From Leucoraja erinacea (lineage: Eukaryota): 64,000 nt of DNA. The first letter of the stretch is position 1. Every line of letters begins with the position of its first letter. Shown one piece after another: positions 12,486 through 24,649 of the stretch. The stretch covers positions 18,724,001 to 18,788,000 of the forward strand of contig NC_073398.1 in assembly GCF_028641065.1 (NCBI RefSeq), in the 5' to 3' direction. Both the position numbers and the translations under genes were made by a program. The notes under the pieces were generated by a model that did not search any database, was not told the origin of the DNA, and saw nothing but the letters and a program-made list of their open reading frames with translations.

Positions 12486-13304
12486 TGTCTTTCCTCAGAT
12501 TTGTCTCAAATGCTTGACTTCAATGATTTCTGTCCACAGGTTAAGTATTCCCACTTAAATGAATGGGCAGCATTCTAGTTTAAAATGCTTTCAGGACACT
12601 TCTGTAGCCCAACACTGAGCAATACTTCATTCAAAGAGTTCTCTCCAAGGAACCAGCTCAGTTGTAGTGCTGGTGACTCAATGCTCCTAAGAAAATCTGA
12701 TCTTAATAATTGCGTATAGAATTTGAATCATGAGTTCAGAAATTATTCATTCAAATTTGCAAAACAATTTTTCCTATTGCACACCTTTATCTTAACCGGG
12801 AAACTCTCATAAATGTTATATCCACCTGAATGTTTCAAAGTTCTGCATTCCTACCATTTGGGTATATTGGTCTCCATCTGGGCTTTGCCTACTTTATGAT
12901 TAGAGATGTAAGTTTTCTATACAATATTTTGTCTGGCTGTGGAGAATGTTTATACTTATTATGCACAGTGATTGCATATTCATCTCCATATGCATCTCTA
13001 TTACTTTTATGCAGTTTAAACAATCTTAGGGAGGGCCAGGTGCTTCATTTTCAAAAAAGTTTATATTTTAGGTGATTGAGCAGTGTAACACTCACAAAGT
13101 CAACCTCACTATGCTTTAACATCTCGTAATGATGAAAACAATAAGTATTCTGCAAAACTCCACAATGACTGATTATAATGGTTTAAAGGTTCAACGGTTT
13201 CTTTATTGAAGAATAAAGATTCAGTGAAATGCTTGTCCTGTGCGCTATTCATTAAATTATACCATACATTGGTACAATAGATCCTATTCTGAGACAGCAC
13301 ACTG

Positions 13305-13545
13305 AGAGTCAAGGAGGGATACAGTGTGGCAACAGGCTCTTCGGCTCAACTGACCCACACCGGCCAACATGTCCCAGCTACACTAGTCCTACCTGCCTGC
13401 ATATGTCCCATATTCCTCCAAACTTGTCCTATTCATGTACCTGTCTAATTGTTTCTTAAGCATTGCAACAGTCCCTGTCTCAACTACCTCCTCTGGCAAC
13501 TCGTTCCAAACATTCATCACCCTTTGTGTGAAAAAGTTAACCCTC
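13305..13545 (-). mobile_element. CR1 LINE 3' fragment
   Basis: Same 3' end as 783-1032. Confidence 0.7.
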
Positions 13546-13677
13546 ACTCGCCATCTTACAACCTCCAAGTCTATGAAATGTCTGATATAAGCCTAAAGAG
13601 GCATGCAATTCCTATATATTTCACCAGAAGGTCTGGTGTCCAGGCATCACTGGATCGATGAAGACGGTCCAGTGCGA

Positions 13678-15089
13678 TAATAGACAATAGACAATAGGTG
13701 CAGGAGTAGGCCATTCGGCCCCACGAGCCAGCATGCCATCATCCACAATCAGTACCCAGTTCCTGCCTTCTCCCCAAATCCCCTGACACTACTGTCTTTA
13801 ACAGCTCTATCTAGCTCTCTCTTGAAAGTATCCAGAGAACAGGCCTCCACCACCCTCTGAGGCAAAGAATTCCACAGACTCACAACTCTGTGAGAAAAAG
13901 TGTTTCCTCGTCTCTGTTCTAAATGGCTTACCCCTTATTCTTCAACTGTGGCCCCTGGTTCTGGACTCCCCCAACATCAGGTACATGTTTCCTGCCTCTA
14001 GCGTGACCAAACCCTGAATAATCTTATATGTTTCAATAAGATCCCTTCTAAACTCCAGAGTATACAAGCCCAGCTGCTCCATTCTCTCAGCATATGACAG
14101 TCCCGCCATCCCGGGAATTAACCTTGTAAACCTACACTGCAATCCCTCAATTGCAAAAATGTCCTTCCTCAAATTAGGGACCCAAAACTGCACACAATAC
14201 GCCAGGTGTGGTCTCACTAGGGCCCTATACAACTGCAGAAGGATCTCTTTGCTCCTATATTCAACTCCTCATTATAAAAGCCAACATGCCACTCATTTTC
14301 TTCACTGCCTGCTGTACCTACATGCTTACTTTCATTGACTGATGAGCAAGAACCCCCAAATCCTATTGTACTTCCCCTTTTACCAACTTGACACCATTTA
14401 GATAGTAATCTGCCTTCCTGTTTTTGCTACCAAAGTGGATAACCTCACATTCATCCACATTAAACTGCATCTGCCATGCATCTGCCCACTCACCCAACCT
14501 GTCCAATTCACCCTGCATTCTCATAGCATTCTCCTCACAGTTCACACTGCCACCCAGCTTTGTGTCATCTGCAAATTTTCTATTGTTACTTTGAATCCCT
14601 TCATCTAATTCATTGATGTATATTGTAAATAGCTGTGGTCCCAGCACCGAGCATTGTGGTACCCCACTAATCACTGCCTGCCATTCTGAAAGGGACCCGT
14701 TAATCCCTACACTTTGTCTCCTGTCTGCCAACCAATTTTCTATCCATTTCAGCACTACCCCCAATACCATGTGCCCTAATTTTGCCCACTAATCTCCTAT
14801 GTGGGACCTTATCAAATGCTTTCTGAAAGTCCAGGTCCACTACATCCACTGGCTCTCCCTTGCCCATTTTCCTAGTTACATCCTCAAAAAATTCCAGAAG
14901 ATTAGTCAAGCATGATTTCCCCTTCGTAAATCCACTCGGACCGATCCTGTTACTGCTATCCAAATGTGCCGCTATTTCATCTTTTATAATTGACTCCAGC
15001 ATCTTCCCCACCACCGACGTCAGGCTAACTGGTCTATAATTCCCTGTTTTCTCTCTCCCGACTTTCTTAAAAAGTGAGATAACATTAGC
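13678..15089 (-). mobile_element. CR1 LINE, 5'-truncated, frameshifted RT
   Basis: ORF pieces with GFTKGKSCLTNLLEFF, DFQKAFDKVPH, GVPQCSVLGP, KFADDTKL and YRALVRPHL; (CAATAGA)n tail. Confidence 0.92.
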
Positions 15090-15104
15090 AGGGATTAGCA
15101 GGCA

Positions 15105-15330
15105 TTAACATAAGGATGTCGTTAGCTCCTTCCATTGCTGTTCTGTGCAGCTGCCCCAGGCTCTGTGTGAATGTACTCTGCTGTAGGGCCTCCCACAGCC
15201 ATCTCCGCTACCACTACAACTCAAGACAACCGCAAACACGCCGCCCATCACCTCCAGCAGCCGCTCTCTGATTCCGTCCATTAACATCAACTCGTCCTGC
15301 CTCTCGAATCAAGCACGGAACTCTAGGATG
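15105..15330 (-). pseudogene. Possible Myb/SANT-like (Harbinger-associated) coding relic
   Basis: GC-rich patch. Mixed frames give ELMLMDGIRERLLEV, WLWEAL, RVHS, CTEQQWK and NDIL, weakly resembling a Myb/SANT-like domain. Confidence 0.25.
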
Positions 15331-16107
15331 CATCCAGAGGAGCTGACCATTAAGGTAATTGACCCAAAATGTAATATCCTCTGAAATAAAATAATTTGAA
15401 AATATTCAGTGCAGGCCTGGAGATAGAAAAATATTGATGTTTCATCAAAATCGAACTTTGAATGCTTTTGAACATTCCTCATATTCAAAAACTATTCAAT
15501 TGAATGAAATTATTAAAACATCAATTACTAAGTAGTTTAGAAATTGAAGGTAAAACAATCAAAATGTTTTAAACAGTTAAATACATTTAACTAAACTCAA
15601 TTAATGTAAGAATCAATCCTTTCTTGCAGCTGTTCCTACCTATTGCCAGTTCAATTGGCTAAAAGGTTGCTTAGTGTTCCAAAATAAAATTATCCTCTGA
15701 TTGCGCAAACTTTGATTTACGGTATAGATGAAGACGAATACTTTCTATATACCTTTACAAGTAGTGTTTTAATCCCAAGAACAAAATTATTCAAATTCTA
15801 TAATTTACCTTTTCTGTCTGTTGCAATGATTTCTAGACTGGATGATTGATTCATTCATTGCAAAATTATTGATACCTGGACGATTCTGTAAAGCTAAATC
15901 ACCCAGAAGAGAAAAAAAACCACGATTCTAGGAAGATGATGAAAGTGATATGATTTCTAATCACAGAATCACTTATTTCTCTTCTATACTCATTAAAAGC
16001 TGGAGAAAAGAATGCATGACATATTTCCTTTTACATAGTTAAATTGTAGGCATTAAAATACTCAGTTTTGCATCCAAAAGCTATTTTTTTATTTAACTGA
16101 TTGAAAA

Positions 16108-17347
16108 CTGCAGATGAACACAGCACAGAAACTAACCCTGCTGGGCCTCAACACCACCCTGTGTCACTGGATCTTGGACTTTCTGACAGAGAGACCGCAG
16201 TCAGTCCGTGTTGGCAAGAACACTTCAGGCTCGATCACGCTGAGCACCGGCTCCCCTCAAGGCTGTGTGCTCAGCCCGCTGTTGTTCACACTGCTCACAC
16301 ATGACTGTGCTGCCAGATTCAGGGACAATAAAATCATAAAGTTCGCGGACGACACTACAGTGGTGGGACTCATCAGTGGAGATGACGAAACAAGGTACAG
16401 GGAGGAAGTAGAACAACTGGTGGACTGGTGCGGCAAAAATAACCTGGAATTGAATGTCGAAAAAACTAAGGAGATGGTTGTCGACTTCAGGAGGGCGCAG
16501 CCAGAGCATACACCGCTCAACATTAGTGGCACTGCAGTGGAGAGAGTGGAGAGCATAAAGTTCCTCGGTGTGCAGATAACGGACAACCTCACCTGGTCCA
16601 GGAACACCACTGGGACCGTCAAACGGGCCCATCAGCGACTGCACTTCCTGAGGAAACTAAAACAGGCCTCACTCCCCACCAACATCCTCAGGACTTTATA
16701 CAGGTTGGTGGAGCGGTTGGTGGAGTCTGTACTCACGTACTGCATCAATACGTGGTACTGCACCTGCAACTGCTCGGACAGGAAGGCTCTGCAGAGGGTA
16801 GTGAGGGGAGCAGAGAGGATTATTGGCGTCTCCCTACCCTCGGTACAAGAACTGTTCCAGAGCCGCTGTCTGAAGAAAGCACAGAGAATTGCCAAGGACA
16901 AACTGCACCCCCTCCACACACACCTGGATCTCTTGCCATCAGGCAAGAGATATCGAAGCATCAAAGCCCGGACTACGAGGCTGCTAAACAGCTTCCTACC
17001 ACAGGCGGTGAGGCTGCTAAACAGTCACTCTGCACGCACAGTCACTTGACTTGACTCTGCGGCTGGCACGGACACTTTAATAACTGGCACTGGCCACTTA
17101 AATCAGCGGCCCCGGACATTTTTTTATGATTGGTTTACTGTATTTTAACATTGTGTTTTTTACCTGATTTTAACTATTTATTCTGTTCCATCAGGGACTG
17201 GATTGTTTTTTTAGTGTTATTATGTGAGAAGTGTTTTAAATTTCATGTGCGAGGCTCCGCTATTCACTGGGAAACGTCTTTTCATTTTGCACTGTACTTG
17301 TTGCTTGCAAGATGAAAATAAAGGTTGATTGATTGATTGATTGATTG
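16108..17347 (+). mobile_element. Rex1/Babar-clade LINE, 5'-truncated, young
   Basis: Open RT C-terminal frame, 3' UTR, AATAAA plus (ATTG)n tail; TSD TGATTGAAAA at 16098-16107 and 17342-17351. Confidence 0.9.
16114..17049 (+). CDS. Reverse transcriptase C-terminal half of the Rex1/Babar LINE (311 aa, truncated, not a host gene)
   Basis: [77 protein letters not shown]. Confidence 0.85.
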   Translation: MNTAQKLTLLGLNTTLCHWILDFLTERPQSVRVGKNTSGSITLSTGSPQGCVLSPLLFTLLTHDCAARFRDNKIIKFADDTTVVGLISGDDETRYREEVEQLVDWCGKNNLELNVEKTKEMVVDFRRAQPEHTPLNISGTAVERVESIKFLGVQITDNLTWSRNTTGTVKRAHQRLHFLRKLKQASLPTNILRTLYRLVERLVESVLTYCINTWYCTCNCSDRKALQRVVRGAERIIGVSLPSVQELFQSRCLKKAQRIAKDKLHPLHTHLDLLPSGKRYRSIKARTTRLLNSFLPQAVRLLNSHSARTVT

Positions 17348-17369
17348 AAAATGATACGAAATCTTATAT

Positions 17370-17560
17370 AGGCACAAAATGCTGGAGTAACTCAGCGAAC
17401 AGGCAGCATCTCTGGAGAGAACGAATGGGTGATGTTTGGGTCAAGACCCTTCTTACGTCACCATTCCATCTCTCTAGCGATGCTGCCTGTCCCGCTGAGT
17501 TACTCCAGTTTTTTGTGTCTATCTTCGGTTTAAAGCAGCATCTGCAGTTCCTTCCAACAC
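17370..17560. mobile_element. Fold-back Penelope pLTR mini-element
   Basis: Inverted arms meet at the hammerhead region (~17450). TSD GAAATCTTATAT (17358-17369) / GAAATCCTATAT (17563-17574). Confidence 0.8.
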
Positions 17561-17671
17561 CTGAAATCCTATATTGTGGCTAAAAGATTCAAAGATGTTA
17601 TGATGCATAAAGTCTGAAAACAGGCGATGATATGTAGTAGTATTCAGTTTTATTTTTGACAGGGACTTGTA

Positions 17672-17766
17672 TGAAGAAGGGTCTCAACACAAAATGTCAC
17701 CCATTCCTTCTATCCAGAGATGCTGCCTGTCCCTCTGAGTTATTCCAGCATTTTGTGTCCATCTTC
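17672..17766 (+). mobile_element. Penelope pLTR fragment with decayed hammerhead
   Basis: tgaagaagggtctcaacacaaaatgtcacccattcc..., flanked by CTTGTAT repeats. Confidence 0.7.
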
Positions 17767-19808
17767 CTTGTATACACTATCTAATACTGACACCTACAGG
17801 TGTTTTAAAAGCATAATTTATTAATTACAGGAATATTTGGGCTACAATGTATACTGGGGAGCAGATTATATTCTCTTATAAAGTGAATATGATCTATAAT
17901 GTCAAATTTGCATTATTTGTCATTTTAGATGAATCTATTCATAAAGATAAGGGTTTTGTGTAACAGCCTCCTTCCTTTATCAAGTAACCTAAATGTTGGG
18001 TAAAAATATTGTGCAAATTTACTTTACTCTGAAACTGTGCCACTTAATTACTGTATATGATGTTGCATTTGATTGGACAGATGGGATAGAAATCTGGCAG
18101 AAAATAATTCATGATTCATGACTGAGTGGTTTGCGAGCTAGTTCCTGCAAGCAGCATTTCTGGGTGATTAAATTGGCTTTAAGCTGACACAGCTCTGATG
18201 GAAGTTCAGAGTGTCAGCTCTCTGCTGCAGACACAGTAATCAGGCAAGGCTGCAATAGATTTGGGCTTGGTCAATGATTGACCAGCTGTGTTGGCCCATT
18301 AATAGAATCCAGTAGGGCAAGAAACGATAATTGGTGCTGGAATTCTTCCCATTTCACTGCAGATAGCTTGCAAATGAGAGCTAATGGGTGGGTTGGGATT
18401 AGTTGGACAAGCAGCACAGAGGTCATTAGTGCTCTGTGCTGGCAGACCGTACTATTTCTGCAAGTTACACTAAAACAGCATCCCCTGTGTGCATTTGGGG
18501 TGCACTAAGCCCCAATCAGGCAATACATAGCTCAGCTCTTTATGCTCAGATACTGTAAATGGCTTATTTATGACGAGTGGATTCTTTTGGGAAAACAAAA
18601 ATGGTACTTGTGAATTTGTCATTATTAAAGTGCTGAAACTCCTAAACATTACAATAAATTTATACGTCAAATATGTATCTGGCCAATTGGAAAGTTCCTC
18701 GTAGAGAGTGTGCGAAAGAGTAAACAATTCTGTACTAACCATCAATCAGGCAAAGAAAGGTCCCATGGATGCTTTTAATTTATAAGCATAGCTATTCGGT
18801 GTGACGGATATTGGGGTCCCACAAGGATCAATACTTTGTAAATTAGTGGATGGTGCCAAATTGGGGAAATTTTATTCCAAGGGGGAACATAATATATTAT
18901 ATCAATAAACATGCAAAACAGAAACATAATGAGCAAATGAATATTAATATAGTCAAGCACAGAATTCCATTTTGTGGAGAAAAATTAGTTTACTTATTAT
19001 TATTTGGAAAATAAGAATCTTAAATGGGTAGAGAGTTCAGAGCAGAAATATACAAATCAATACCAGGAACAACGCAGGTTAACAAGACCATTAAAATAAC
19101 TAAAAAACTGATGTATTTCCAGGGAGAGAATTGTAGAGTAATTATACTTAACTTGCACAGAATATTTTTGGACCACTATTGGAGTAGAGTTTGCAGTTCT
19201 GTTCACCGTGCATATTATAATATAATGATATGGATGATCTGGAGAAAATGTACCGAGGTTTCTCAAGGATGGGGAAAAAATGTAAAGAAAACCATCAAGA
19301 AAATTGTGAGAGTTGATTTATGTTTAACATAACATAATGTAAAATTTTGTATTCTTGCGAGAATGTAAGGATATAATGAAAAGCAGCAGGATTTACAAAT
19401 CAGCCCTTCAAGGCTGATCTGCCATTTAATAAGAACAAGGCTGATCCAACCTTATCCTCAGCATTACATTCACACTCTTACACCATACCACTTGATTCCT
19501 GTATAATGTAAATACCAGCAAATCTCCTCCTTGAATATATTCAGTTCCACCAAAACGATTTTCAAAACTCAGAGAAAATAAATTATTTATCATCTCTGTC
19601 AGAAGTGGGTGATCATTTATTCTAAAAACTCATGTCCCTCTTGTTCTAGATATCCCCAACATCCTCTCAGCATCCACCTTGTCAACCCCCTTAGAATCTG
19701 ACATGTTTTTACCAGATCACATCTTATTTTTCTGCAGTGCAATGAGTGAGGATCCTTCTTCAAATGTAAAATGACTAAATTCCAGGAACAAACATAATAA
19801 AACCTTTG

Positions 19809-19975
19809 TGTGTAGGAAGGAACTGCAGATGCTGATTTACACCAAAGATAGACACAAAAAGCTGGAGTAACTCGGCGTCTGTGGAGAAAAGGAATAGGTG
19901 ACATTTTGGGTCAAGACCCTTCTTCAGACTGCGAGTCAGGAGAGAGGGTAACAAGAGGTAAGAAAAGGTACAGAA
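19809..19975 (-). mobile_element. Penelope pLTR fragment inside an old antisense CR1
   Basis: The minus strand reads agtCTGAAGAagggtcttgacccAAAAtgtcac, a hammerhead core with CpG-type decay. Confidence 0.75.
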
Positions 19976-20117
19976 CAAATTAGCCTTTATTACACTGCCT
20001 CTTATGCAAACACATCCTTCCTTAAATATGTAAACCAGAACTTTACACAGTGCCATTACTCGAGGTGCAACCTCACTAGTAAAGTTGCATTAAAATTTCC
20101 CTATTTTTGTTCTGTTC

Positions 20118-20992
20118 TGCTATGAGAATGCAGGGTGACTTGGACAGGTTGGGTGAGTGGGCAGATGCAGTTTAATGTGGATAAATGTGAGGTTATGCAC
20201 TTTGGTAGCAAAACCAGGAAGGCAGATTACTATCTAAATGGTGTCAACTTGGGAAAAGGCCAAGTACAACGGGATCTTGTTCATCAGTCAATGAAAGTAA
20301 GCATGCAGGTACAGCAGGCAGTGAAGAAAGTGAATGACATGTTGGCCTTTATAACAAGAGGAGTTGAGTATAGGTGCAAAGAGGTCCTTCTGCAGCTGTA
20401 CAGGGCCCTATCGAGACCACACCTGGAGTATTGTGTGCAGTTTTGTTCCCCTAATTTGATGAAGGACATGCTTGCTATTGAGGGATTGCAGCGTAGGTTT
20501 ACAAGGTTAATTCCCGGGATGGCGGGACTGTCATATGCTGAGAGAATGGAGCAGCTGGGCTTGTATACTCTGGAGTTTAGAAGGATGAGAGGGAATCTTA
20601 TTGAAACATATAAGATTATTAAGGGTTTAGACACGCTAAAGGCAGGAAACATGTTCCCAATGTTGAGGGAGTTCAGAACCAGGGGCCACAGTTTAAGAAT
20701 AAGGGGTAAGCCATTTAGAACGGAGACAAGGAAACACTTTTTCTCACGGAGAGTTGTGAGTTTGTGGAATTCTCTGCCTCAGAGGTCGGTGGAGGCCGGT
20801 TCTCTGGATACTTTCAAGGGAGAGCTAGATAGGGCTCTTAAAGATAGCAGAGTCATGGGATATGGGGAAAAGGCAGGAACGGGGTACTGATTGGGAATGA
20901 TCAGCCATGATCACATTGAATGGTGGTGCTGGCTTGAAGGACCGAATGACCTACTGCACCTATTGTCGATTGTCTATTGTCTATTGTCTATT
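20118..20992 (+). mobile_element. CR1 LINE 3' part, young (251-aa frame)
   Basis: QFNVDKCEVMHFG, YRALSRPHLEYCVQF, RTRGHSLRI, VVSLWNSLP; (ATTGTCT)n tail. Same subfamily as 13678-15089. Confidence 0.92.
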
Positions 20993-21844
20993 CACCTTAC
21001 CCTTTGCAACAAAATACCAAATGCCATGAGCCATTCTAATTCAGTGTTGTACCGTATGCTAACCTTTTGGGTTTAGTGTCCCTTCTACTACTATGTTCTG
21101 TAATATCACCTCCAATTAAATAATAATTTGCTTTTTCATTCTTCTGTTCAAAGTGAACAGTTGATCACCTGCCATTTTACACACCATCTGCCAACTTGTT
21201 GTCCACTCTCACAACATATTTATATCCTTTTGCAAACTCTTTGTGTCTGTCTCACTTATTAAGATGACATATCTTTGTAAAGAATATCTACATTAGGGAG
21301 CATTGTCAAAATGACCCCCCAAGTATTCAAATACAAAAATCAGAAGTAGTGACTTTGTCTGCAGTCTGGTAAGAATATAAGATGTTATCAGAGGTTTGGT
21401 TGAGGCAATATTTAGATGGGATAAGGGAACACCAGTAGAGCACATGAGGAAGAATCCAATAATAATAGGTTATAACATTAGAGCTGAATGATGATGGACA
21501 GAAGGCCACATGTGGAGCAAAAACACCAGCAGAGTTCCATGAACTAGACAGTCATAATCAACCACCTTTGTAGTGCATATTCAATATGATTCTATTTCAT
21601 AACAATGTTACATCATCTTTGGTTATTTTTGTTCAATTTATTCTACTATATGCTAAAATATAGTAAGATATATGACAATAACATTACCATGTAACCCACC
21701 GCTTACATCCAAGAATCATTATTAACCAGAAACTCATCTGGACAGTCACTTAAATAATTTATCTACTAGAATATGCTGGGTATCCTGTAGCAGGTAATTA
21801 ACCTAATGACACCCTCAGGCTTTCTATCATTCTTAAAGCATAAA

Positions 21845-22200
21845 GGGCCTCTCCCACTTACATGTCCTTGGCCAGCAAATTACGCGACCTCGTGGTCGCG
21901 TTGAGGCGCACGGGCATCATATGGCCGTGCGGGGTCGGTCCCACTTAGAAGCATGGAGGGGTATGTAGTTGTGCACGACATTGCGTGAGGCTCCGAATTT
22001 TTTGTAGTGAACAAAATCTTCGTGTGCCAACGGCCTGTCGCGGAACTGACAGCCAAAGTGGGACAGGCCCAAGACCCTGGTACGACGCAATGTCTCACTT
22101 TCAACAGCAGCAGAAGCAGGCAAACCATCGCCAAACTCTGCCTGGGGCACAAGGCCATTGCGGTCCGGATCCGCCCCAACTTCTACTATCAGAGCGGGGC
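21845..22200. mobile_element. PIF/Harbinger-like non-autonomous element (partial)
   Basis: GGGCCTCTCCCACTT at 21845 and the inverted AAGTGGGACAGGCCC at 22056-22070. Same TIR as 45444-46870 and 52737-53195. Confidence 0.65.
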
Positions 22201-22204
22201 CAAG

Positions 22205-22415
22205 AAAATTGAAGATAGACACAAAATGCAGAAGTAACTCAGCGGGACCGGCAGCATCTCCGGAGAGAAGCAATGGGTGACGTTTCGGGTCAAGGCCCTT
22301 CTTTTCAGACTGAAGAAGAGTTTGAAGAAGGGTTTTGGCCCAAAATGTTGCCTATTTCCTTCGCTCCATAGATGCTGCTGCACCCACTGAGTTTCTCCAG
22401 CATTTTTGTGTACCT
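22205..22415. mobile_element. Fold-back Penelope pLTR element built from two pLTR subtypes
   Basis: The antisense arm is the GAAACGTCACCCATT subtype. The sense arm is the ...GTTGCCTATTTCCTTCGCTCCATAG subtype. They join at ttcagactgaagaag. Confidence 0.75.
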
Positions 22416-22986
22416 ATAATTTTTCACTTACTGTTTGTCAAATGGTAATGCCAATTTTACAACAGTTTCTATGACTATAACAAAGAATGCTTATCTGAAA
22501 CAGAATGCCATTTGATGAGAATTGTCAATTTTACAACAAACCCGATGGATTTAGCTTTGGTTTCAGTGTTATTACTCAGGCAAAATTTGGTTTTACTATG
22601 AAACAGGAAATTCAGACACTTCCTGTGTTAATAACCCAAATATGATTGCTTCTTGACAGAACAGAAGCAACATGAAGATGATAATCTAAATTAAAACCTG
22701 GCCATTTATTTAATTTCTAAAATTAAATAAACATCCTCAAACTCTAATCTATTTTGCAAAGACAGCACCTAAATAGTAAGATTAAACGAGAACTTACCAG
22801 TTTGAAGTTTGATCGTTATTTTATGAGGAGTAACGTTGAGGGAATACGTGAAGAACCCAGCCAAGATGCATGCGTGTCATTCTTCAAAGCAGCAGTGTGA
22901 AATCACAGATAACTGTAATGACTAAACATAGTAAGATTAGAGAAAATATACCAGTTGAGTATATGATCAAGGGTGGGAGCGGAGGG

Positions 22987-23099
22987 CACGTATTCCCTCA
23001 ACGTTACTCCTCATAAAATAACGATCAAACTTCAAACTGGTAAGTACTCGTTTAATCTTACTATTTTACTTCGGAGTCACGTGAGTGACTACGTGAAGA
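22987..23099. repeat. DIRS internal complementary region (ICR)
   Basis: 22987-23066 is the reverse complement of 22771-22850 (1 mismatch seen). 23061-23099 is the reverse complement of 27490-27528. Confidence 0.92.
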
Positions 23100-23257
23100 T
23101 TTTAAAGCTCTGTGATTTCATGCCGGAAACGAGTCCATGCATCACATCTGCCTTGATTATGGGGAGAATAGAGTTAACATCATTAGACATCAATACGATA
23201 TTGAAACCCAACGATAAATATATTAACACCAATTATTGCCTCTATTTATGGGGTAAA

Positions 23258-24225
23258 TTATATTACAGAACTTAAATTTGTTTCTGCAAATGTTCCAGGC
23301 TCAATGACTGGTTTGTTATAAAGTCGTTGGAAAGTTTCCTCCGTTGACCATCCTGCTGTCTTGAGGATTTGGTCCATAGGAATGTCCAACTTCATAGCTG
23401 CCGATGTAGCTGCACCCCTGGTGGAGTGAGATTTAAAAATGTTAGTGTCTACTCCAGCCTTTATTAGGACCCTTTTTAGCCATCTAGAGATGGTCTGGAC
23501 TGTCACTGTTTTGAGTGGCTGTTTGTAGCTGATTAAAGTGACATTTCTTTCCCTCTGATGATCTTAGTATACTCCATATATAATAGTAAGTGTGTTACAA
23601 TACAGAGACGACCATCTGTCCGGTAGGCCCTGAATTCTGTTTTTAGGCCTGCTGACCCCTGGCTGTTCTGTTTGACTATTTCATTGATGTGAAAAGTTAA
23701 ATTTCCAGATGAAATAATCATATTGGCCAGCCTTAGTTTCTGTAGTGACTGGACCCTTTGTGCCGTGACCAAGGCCATCAGCATGACTGTTTTCATAGTC
23801 AGTTTCTGTAGGGACAGAGCTGTAGCTGGAGACCAGTTTCTTAACATGGTCAGTACAATGCTCACATCCCATATTTGGGAGTACCTGGTTCTTGGGGATT
23901 AACATTAAAATGCCCCTCATGAGTTTGGTTACCAGGGTGTGTCCCAACAGAATGCCGCTCTGTTCCTTGCCACAGGTATGTTGACAGAGCACTTCTGGCA
24001 CAGTTAGTGGCACTATGACTGAGCCTCTCATCGTAATGGAGGCTTGCCAAGAATTCCAGAACAGACGGGATGTTCATAGATCTGTGGGTGATGTTTATTG
24101 TTGTGACAGTACTTCCCATTTCTTGAAGACACCAAGTACTGTTTTTTGGTGGACTGGCTGTGGGCCGCTGAAATAATATCCACTGTTTGGTCCGTCAGTC
24201 CCAGGTGTAGTAGAGGTGCTTTCAA
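23258..24225 (-). pseudogene. DIRS tyrosine recombinase (frameshifted)
   Basis: STKKQY, SVLEFLASL..ARSALS, KLTMKTVMLMALVTAQRVQSL (catalytic R), TISRWLK..AGVDTNIFKSHSTRGAATS (HxxR), AGWS..TFQRLY. Confidence 0.88.
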
Positions 24226-24641
24226 CTCTATAAATTAATAGGTTTATATAATTATGACATGGGTAACTACCCCTTGTTGCGGGAAGAACCAGTAAATTAG
24301 GTCTATGATGGATGGTGATGCATGGTTCTAAAACCATGTCGTGTATCACCGGGACCCATGATTGAGTAGGCCAATCGGGTACTATCAAAATATCAGACGC
24401 GGAGTCTACTGTATATTCCTAAATACCCGACTGATGAGGCAGAAGGAGGGAATGCATAAATAAATAATCCCCCAATGCAGCGAAAATGCATCTGTAGCCA
24501 CTGCCCCAGGTTCTGGTTCCCATGAACATAATTCGATAACTGGTGAGAGCATGGATGCGAATAGGTCAATATCTGGTGTTCCATACCATGCTGTAATGTC
24601 AGCAATACATTTTTTATCCAACAGCCATTCAGTGTTTTCAT
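24095..24641 (-). pseudogene. DIRS DNA N6-adenine methyltransferase-like domain (frameshifted)
   Basis: WYGTPDIDLFAS, DAFSLHW, IYAFPP and IVPDWPTQSW motifs. Confidence 0.8.
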
Positions 24642-24649
24642 AGAATTAG

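Noticed and set aside
16225-16964. Several 110-139 aa minus-strand ORFs (similar ones at 20284-20652, 36000-36401, 43829-44486 and 48303-48680)
   Set aside because: They are antisense shadows of LINE or Penelope coding frames.
23258-24641. Integrase and methylase motifs suggesting phage or bacterial contamination
   Set aside because: They lie inside a DIRS1 element with RT/RNase H and ITR/ICR, embedded in vertebrate repeats.
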